DNA of 64,000 nt from Syntrophales bacterium. GTDB lineage: Bacteria; Desulfobacterota; Syntrophia; Syntrophales; UBA2210. The notes beneath the pieces were generated by a model, which worked only from the letters and a program-made list of their open reading frames with translations, did no database searches and was not told the origin of the DNA. Below, piece by piece: positions 58,190-64,000 of the stretch; within the stretch, counting starts at the first letter, position 1, and the number at the start of each line of letters is the position of its first letter. The translations under genes were made by a program, and so were the position numbers. Where the stretch lies: NCBI GenBank assembly GCA_963662405.2, contig CAXXKT010000001.1, positions 1,120,001 through 1,184,000 of the forward strand, in the 5' to 3' direction.

Positions 58190-58795
58190 ATGCAAGAGGT
58201 AAAAGAGGTAAATGTGAATGTTCAAGTGGCGGATGCCGGGTCGGCCGGATGGATAGCCTATACGATCGCTACCTGGATCGCGTGGGCGTCCCTGTGCGGA
58301 TTTGTCAACAGCAAGGCCCTGCTCTTCATGGCCTGCATCTCTCTGGCCTGCACCATTCCCTATATCGGTGCCGCGATTACGCAGCTGAAGCTCGGGAATG
58401 TGTCCGGTGGAGTCACGTGGCTCTATTTCGGTGCATTCTTTGCCTTTTGTTCGGCCCTGACCTATGGTGTCAGCTATTTTGCGCCCATCTATGGATGGGA
58501 ACTGGATGCCAGGATCCTGGGATATGAGTGGGCTGTCCTGGGGTTGACACTGATCTGCTCGACACCCATATTCCTGAAGCTGGCACCGGCGGCAGCCGGC
58601 ATATCTGTTATCGGAGCCGATATAGGTATCGTTGGACTGACCCTGATATACTGGGGGATGAACGGTCCGGCCATGTGTCAGTTGAGTGGGTGGGGCTTCT
58701 TTGTGGCAGGTCTTTTCGGCCTTTTTATGACCATCGGGGGTATTCTTGAGGGTGCCGATATGAAGTTCCCCATGGGAAAACCTTTAATGAAGTAG
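58190..58795 (+). CDS. Divergent GPR1/FUN34/YaaH (SatP/AceTr)-like 6-TM channel
   Basis: ADAGSAG aligns with the NPAPLG position, LKLGN..GG....YFG with the GNTFG position, and it ends in FPMGKP; 6 TM. Confidence 0.6.
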   Translation: MQEVKEVNVNVQVADAGSAGWIAYTIATWIAWASLCGFVNSKALLFMACISLACTIPYIGAAITQLKLGNVSGGVTWLYFGAFFAFCSALTYGVSYFAPIYGWELDARILGYEWAVLGLTLICSTPIFLKLAPAAAGISVIGADIGIVGLTLIYWGMNGPAMCQLSGWGFFVAGLFGLFMTIGGILEGADMKFPMGKPLMK

Positions 58796-58934
58796 ATAAT
58801 GAGAGATGGTAACGGGTTCCGTTAACCCTATGTAAGTGACGGAGTTCGACGTCCGGGTTGATCGGAGAAGAATCTTCGATCAACCCGTGTAACCCGTTGC
58901 CGTCCGCACTTGGTAGAGGATAAGGACAGAATCA

Positions 58935-60290
58935 ATGAAGAAGATTTTAATTGCCAACAGAGGGGAGATTGTTCTTAGGGTAATCAAGGCGGCCAGGGAA
59001 TTGGGGATACAGACCGTTGCTGTCTATTCCGATGTCGACAAGGATGCCGTCCACACACGCGCGGCGGATGAAGCGGTGAATATCGGGACTCCCCCACCTC
59101 CCTTCAGCTATCTGAGTATCGAAAATATTATCAAGGCGGTCAACGAGTCAGGGGCGGACGCAGTGCATCCGGGATATGGTTTTCTTTCTGAAAACGCTGA
59201 TTTCGCTCAGGCTGTGGTCAATAACGGTACCACGTGGATAGGGCCGTCGCCGGAGGTGCTTCGTAATATCGAATCGAAGTCGTATTGCAGAAGCCTGGGA
59301 AAGAAAGTGAACGTTCCGATTACCCCGGGGACTGTCGGGAGTGTGAAGAGTGCGGACGAGATCCGTGCGTTGTTCAAAGAACTGGGTGCTCCGCTCTTGG
59401 TGAAACTCGATAAGGGTGGGGGAGGAAAGGGGATACAGCCCATATACCGCGAAGAGGATATCGAGGCGATATTTGAATCCTCCCAAAGTATCGGGAAGGC
59501 AGCCTTTGGTTCCGGAGATTGTTACATCGAAAAACGGATACTCAATCCACGTCACATCGAGGTTCAGTTCCTCGGTGACATGTATGGAAATTATATCACC
59601 CTCGGCGAGCGAGAATGCTCGGTCCAGAGAAGGTACCAGAAGGTTGTCGAGGAGGCTCCCTCATCGATCGTGACCCCGGAGGAGCGGAAGAATCTGGCGC
59701 AATGGGCAATCAGCATAGCGCGTGAGATGGGGTATATCAACGCCGGAACCGTCGAGTTTCTGCGGGCGGACGATGGCACGTTCTACTTTATGGAAGTCAA
59801 TGCGCGGATACAGGTCGAGCACCCTGTTACCGAGATGGTGACAGGTATCGATCTCGTCAAAAGCCAGTTGCGGATTGCCTCGAATGAAAAGCTGGATATC
59901 GTCCAGGACGATATCCAGATCAATGGCCATGCCATTGAGGCCCGTATCTATGCGGAAGATCCGGAAACCTTTATGCCTTCGCCGGGAACGATCAGCATGG
60001 TAGTGCTCCCTGAAGAAAAGAATGGGATACGGATCGACCATGCCCTCGAAGAGGGTATGAGGGTGTCGCCCTTTTATGATCCCATGCTGGCAAAGGCGAT
60101 CGCATGGGGTGAAAACCGTGACGCGGCCGTTGAACGGCTGGAGGGTCTGCTGGGTGAACTGGTGATCGGGGGCGTGAAGACCACCATACCCCTCGGGCAG
60201 CTCATATTGAAGAGTGAACCCTTCAAGCAAGGAACCTTTACCACGGATTCTATGAATGATATCTTGCCGGGAGCGAAGGAGTCAAAGTAA
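58935..60290 (+). CDS. Biotin carboxylase subunit
   Basis: ILIANRGEI, HPGYGFLSENA, GGGGKG, RHIEVQ, ERECSVQRR.QK, FMEVNARIQVEHPVTE, EARIYAEDP and YDPMLAK. Confidence 0.93.
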   Translation: MKKILIANRGEIVLRVIKAARELGIQTVAVYSDVDKDAVHTRAADEAVNIGTPPPPFSYLSIENIIKAVNESGADAVHPGYGFLSENADFAQAVVNNGTTWIGPSPEVLRNIESKSYCRSLGKKVNVPITPGTVGSVKSADEIRALFKELGAPLLVKLDKGGGGKGIQPIYREEDIEAIFESSQSIGKAAFGSGDCYIEKRILNPRHIEVQFLGDMYGNYITLGERECSVQRRYQKVVEEAPSSIVTPEERKNLAQWAISIAREMGYINAGTVEFLRADDGTFYFMEVNARIQVEHPVTEMVTGIDLVKSQLRIASNEKLDIVQDDIQINGHAIEARIYAEDPETFMPSPGTISMVVLPEEKNGIRIDHALEEGMRVSPFYDPMLAKAIAWGENRDAAVERLEGLLGELVIGGVKTTIPLGQLILKSEPFKQGTFTTDSMNDILPGAKESK

Positions 60291-60521
60291 AGATACATGA
60301 CGGACACCGGTCGTGGAAAAGGGCCCGGATTCATTTCCCCTGCGGAAACGGTCTGTGTGCGGCTGGTGCCCATACGGCGGATATCACGGAAGTGATTGGC
60401 CCCGGGCGATGTCTCTCCTTTCCTGAAGAGACATCGTCCGCAGTTGTGATGTGAGGATGTAATGATCGGGCATGAGTCACAGGATGGCACATATAGGGAT
60501 GTTTCAACGGGTTTCATGCCG

Positions 60522-60555
60522 GGCGGTTTTTCATTTTTTTGAAAAACCGCCTTTC
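60522..60555 (+). terminator. Stem-loop terminator candidate downstream of the biotin carboxylase gene
   Basis: GGCGGTTTTTCA-T6-TGAAAAACCGCC followed by TTT. Confidence 0.55.
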
Positions 60556-60600
60556 CTGTTGTAGGATGGGAAGAGAAAGTGGAAGACAAGATGTGCACTC

Positions 60601-62352
60601 ATGAAGAGAGAGCCCCCCATGAAGAGACCGATGAAACTCGAACGTATCTTTAACGATTGTTCCGTCGGTTTCGTTGTTGTCGACGGTGCAGAGGAGATCC
60701 AGTTTGTGAACGACCGGGCCTGTCACATGATTGGCAGGGCGAGAGCGGATCTATTGGGCGCCGCCATCGGGGACGTCAACCCACTCCTCCGGGATATTCT
60801 CAGGTCGGATACCCCCTGTCAAAAAGGACATCATGTTATCAACAAAGATAAAAATCTTGCCGTGCACATCGCCCCCATTACCACGGACGGAAGAGCTGCC
60901 GGTTTTTTTATCTCCCTCCTGGATATACGGGAACTGAAGAGGATCACCGATGAGTTGCAATCATATCAGAACAGGATCAGCCAGTTTGATGCCATTTTCA
61001 ATACGACGTCCGACGGTATCTGGCTCTGCGACGGAGAGGGAACAATCCTGGCAATCAATAAAACATCCGAGGGGTTTAACGGTATTCGCGCTGAGGATTT
61101 TATAGGCAAAAACATTGCCTTTGCAGCGGAAAAAGGGATCTTTGACAGATCGGGAACCATGGAGGCAATCAAGGCCAGACGCGAAGTTACGATCGTCCAG
61201 AATGTAACCAAACGGAAGCATTCCCTCATGGTGACCGGGACCCCTGTCTTTGATGAGACCGGAGAGATCGCTATGGTGGTTGTAACTGAACGGGACATGA
61301 CTCAGCTGAATGTAATCCGTGATCAGCTTGCACAGACCCTCATGGTGACGGAACGGTACAAGGACGAACTGGCGAAACTCAGTATGCAGGATTTTGCGGA
61401 GGAGGGGATCGTCGCCGAGAGCGAGGAAATGCGTAAGACCCTTCGTGTCGCGAGGAGACTTGCCTACCTGAATGTATCCAATATACTTATACTCGGTGAA
61501 TCGGGTACGGGGAAGGGTGTCCTCGCCAAACTCATCCACAAAAAAAGTGTACGACAGGAAAAACCCTTCGTGCAGATCAACTGTGCGGCACTCCCGGAGA
61601 GCCTGCTCGAGGCGGAGCTGTTCGGGTATGAAAAAGGGGCCTTCACCGGTGCCCGGGAGCAGGGAAAGATCGGACTCTTTGAACTCGCGCAGGGAGGGAC
61701 CCTCTTTCTTGATGAGATCGGCGATCTTCCCCTGGCACTCCAGGCCAAACTGCTGAAGTATCTCGATGATAATGAGATCATCAGACTAGGGGGCATCAAA
61801 CCCAAGAAGATCGATTGTACCATCATTGCCGCGACAAACCGGGATCTCGAGACGCTGACGGAATCGAGACAATTTCGCGAAGATCTCTATTTCCGCCTCA
61901 ACTCGTTCGTCATCAGAATTCCTCCTCTGCGGGAACGCACCGGCGATATATTTGAACTGGTGCATTTTTTCCTCAACCGGTATAATCAGACGTATCAAGT
62001 TGACAAACGTATTACCCACCGGGCGTTATCACTTTTAAACGAATATTCCTTTCCGGGAAATGTGCGAGAACTCCAGAATCTCTTCAAGCAGGCCGTCGTG
62101 ATGAGCGAGGATGATGAGGTGGATGATTTCGTGATCCACGCCTGTGGTCGAAGGGCCAAGACCCGGAATCAGAAAGAGAGTTTTCGGAAAATCGACATGC
62201 CTTTGGCAGACACAATGCGCCTGCAGGAACGTGCCGTGCTGGAGGATGCCGTGAAACACTGCCGTTCAACCCGAGAGATGGCCCGTTTTCTGGGTATTGG
62301 TCAGACATCTGTCATTCGCAAATTGAAGAAATATAACCTTTCACTCAGGTGA
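60601..62352 (+). CDS. PAS-domain sigma54 enhancer-binding protein (paralog of 41447-43210)
   Basis: Two PAS domains; GESGTGK, EAELFGYEKGAFTGA, FPGNVREL and TyrR-like HTH STREMARFLGIGQTSVIRKLKKY. Confidence 0.92.
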   Translation: MKREPPMKRPMKLERIFNDCSVGFVVVDGAEEIQFVNDRACHMIGRARADLLGAAIGDVNPLLRDILRSDTPCQKGHHVINKDKNLAVHIAPITTDGRAAGFFISLLDIRELKRITDELQSYQNRISQFDAIFNTTSDGIWLCDGEGTILAINKTSEGFNGIRAEDFIGKNIAFAAEKGIFDRSGTMEAIKARREVTIVQNVTKRKHSLMVTGTPVFDETGEIAMVVVTERDMTQLNVIRDQLAQTLMVTERYKDELAKLSMQDFAEEGIVAESEEMRKTLRVARRLAYLNVSNILILGESGTGKGVLAKLIHKKSVRQEKPFVQINCAALPESLLEAELFGYEKGAFTGAREQGKIGLFELAQGGTLFLDEIGDLPLALQAKLLKYLDDNEIIRLGGIKPKKIDCTIIAATNRDLETLTESRQFREDLYFRLNSFVIRIPPLRERTGDIFELVHFFLNRYNQTYQVDKRITHRALSLLNEYSFPGNVRELQNLFKQAVVMSEDDEVDDFVIHACGRRAKTRNQKESFRKIDMPLADTMRLQERAVLEDAVKHCRSTREMARFLGIGQTSVIRKLKKYNLSLR

Positions 62353-62565
62353 ACCACATACGGTGCATCAATTTATTTAATCGTTTGGAATTATTCGATT
62401 TAACATCCTTCAGCCGAACCGCTCACTGGCCTGACGCTTATCTGCATAATATCATTACCACATTTAAAATTCTTTGATCCGGTATCGGTTCGCCTGTGCC
62501 GACAGCCCCCGCAGGGAGTGCCAGCATAATCTGCAATTACAATGGGTTGTGTTTTGTTGTTGCCG

Positions 62566-62581
62566 TGGTATGGCTCTTGCT
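62566..62581 (+). promoter_or_regulatory. Sigma54 (-24/-12) promoter of gabT copy 2
   Basis: TGGTATG-GCTC-TTGCT (GG-N10-GC), 100 nt upstream of ATG 62682. Confidence 0.75.
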
Positions 62582-62681
62582 GAAGTACGATGTGTCGGAG
62601 AACGGTGGTGAGAGTGTTTGGTCTCTCAGGTGCTTTTGCTATCAGATAGGATGATCAAGCGGACTACAGGAGGATTTTTTA

Positions 62682-63983
62682 ATGGGCAATCAGTCATTAG
62701 TGGAAAGACGGGCGGGTGCACTTGCGGCCTCGTTTAATAACGGGAAGCCGGCCTTTGCGGCATCGGGTTTTGGTGCAGCCTTTACAGATGTAGAAGGCCG
62801 TGAGTACATCGATTTCGCCGGCGGGATTGCGGTGATGAATGTGGGCCACTCGCATCCGCGGGTAGTGGCGGCGATCAAGGAACAGGCGGAGCGGTTTACG
62901 CACACCTGTTTCATGGTGGTGCCGTATGAAGGAGCGGTCCGGTTGGGTGAGCGACTCTGTGCGTTGGCGCCGGGGGATTTCCCCAAAAAGGCCTTTTTTG
63001 CCAATTCGGGGGCAGAGGCCGTCGAAAATGCGGTTAAGGTAGCGCGGTATTACACGAAAAGGCAGGGGATCGTCGCATTTGATAATGCCTTTCATGGGCG
63101 AACGCTGCTGACCATGGCAATGACGAGCAAGGCAAAACCGTACAAGTTTGGATTCGGCCCCTTTGCGCCTGAGGTATACCATATGCCCTATGCGTACTGT
63201 TACCGGTGTCCCTTTGGGCTCGACTATCCGAAGTGTGGGATATACTGTGCGGAGTATCTGAAGGATGAGATGTTTATACGGTGTCCTGCCGAAACCACGG
63301 CTGCTGTGATTGCGGAGCCTGTTCAGGGTGAAGGCGGGTTCATTACCCCTCCGCCCGAGTATTTTCCGAAGATCGCCAAGATCTGTCGGGATAATGGGAT
63401 TCTGTTCGTTTCAGACGAGATCCAGGCCGGTATGTGCCGTACGGGCGAGAAGATCTTCGCCATAGAACATTGGGACGTTGAACCTGATCTGATGACCGTT
63501 GCGAAAAGTCTTGGCGCCGGCTTACCGATCAGTGCCCTTGTGGGTCGTGCGGAGATCATGGATTCGATTCATGCGGGCGGTATCGGTGGCACGTACGGAG
63601 GTAATCCGGTGGCCTGTGCGGCGGCGAATGCGGTCTTGGACATTATCGATGAAGAGGGGCTTCCTGCGCGAAGTGAGGCCTTGGGTAAAAAATTATGGTC
63701 TGCCTTTGAGGATCTGGAGCGTGAGTACGAGGTGATCGGCGATGTGCGCGGCAAGGGTCCGATGATTGCGCTGGAGTTGGTAAAGGATCGCGAGACGAAG
63801 GAACCGGACAGCGCTTCAGCGGCGGCAGTCGCGGCCTATGCCTTTGAGAAAGGTTTGATCCTGTTGACCTGCGGTCCCTACGGGAATGTGATCCGCTGTT
63901 TGATGCCGCTGGTGATCACCGATGAGCAACTCGACAAAGGTCTTTCGATTATAGATGAAGCATTCGCGTCATTGAAGAGGTAG
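62682..63983 (+). CDS. gabT: 4-aminobutyrate (omega-amino acid) aminotransferase, copy 2
   Basis: Same class III PLP motifs; 433 aa, collinear with and highly similar to 48389-49690. Confidence 0.9.
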   Translation: MGNQSLVERRAGALAASFNNGKPAFAASGFGAAFTDVEGREYIDFAGGIAVMNVGHSHPRVVAAIKEQAERFTHTCFMVVPYEGAVRLGERLCALAPGDFPKKAFFANSGAEAVENAVKVARYYTKRQGIVAFDNAFHGRTLLTMAMTSKAKPYKFGFGPFAPEVYHMPYAYCYRCPFGLDYPKCGIYCAEYLKDEMFIRCPAETTAAVIAEPVQGEGGFITPPPEYFPKIAKICRDNGILFVSDEIQAGMCRTGEKIFAIEHWDVEPDLMTVAKSLGAGLPISALVGRAEIMDSIHAGGIGGTYGGNPVACAAANAVLDIIDEEGLPARSEALGKKLWSAFEDLEREYEVIGDVRGKGPMIALELVKDRETKEPDSASAAAVAAYAFEKGLILLTCGPYGNVIRCLMPLVITDEQLDKGLSIIDEAFASLKR

Positions 63984-64000
63984 GTATTTTTTGAGAGAAA

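Noticed and set aside
57852..60290. accB/accC of acetyl-CoA carboxylase supplying the fab operon
   Set aside because: No accA/accD; the BCCP is a minimal 73-aa domain embedded in the lam module about 36 kb from the fab cluster.
1..64000. CRISPR arrays, selenoprotein TGA read-through, programmed frameshifts, IS elements
   Set aside because: None seen by eye; the recognised genes appear full length. A computational scan would be needed to exclude subtle cases.

Overview
Gene-dense 64 kb bacterial chromosomal segment. Gene content suggests an anaerobic deltaproteobacterium (Desulfobacterota/Syntrophales-like; inference only). Layout: (1) 1-13.3 kb, mixed accessory genes (NDP-forming acyl-CoA synthetase, flavodoxin, PTP-like phosphatase, NEW3-ABC system, SatP and OFA transporters, MobB, DUF364, VKOR-like protein). 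(2) 13.5-21.6 kb, a 10-gene type II fatty-acid-synthase-like operon (FabD, acyl-CoA dehydrogenase, FabH, FabA, FabG, FabZ, FabF, ACP, acyltransferase, PPTase) with no enoyl reductase, behind a sigma54 promoter and divergent from a PAS-domain sigma54 activator. (3) 24.5-41.3 kb, an orphan solute-binding protein, a two-component system, gap-tpiA-secG-tRNA-Leu, gspFGH, csp, dnaJ, purC, rsmB and fmt. (4) 41.4-64 kb, a catabolic locus that joins the anaerobic GABA/4-hydroxybutyrate pathway (AbfD, CoA-transferase, Fe-ADH, two GabT) to a Liv-type ABC importer and to LamB/PxpA plus a four-part split urea-carboxylase-like biotin enzyme. The best candidate for an undescribed system is region 4, a putative biotin-dependent lactam (2-pyrrolidone) ring-opening and fermentation pathway. 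The second candidate is the reductase-less FAS II operon. No CRISPR array, integrase or transposase was seen. All calls come from reading motifs by eye; no database searches were run.
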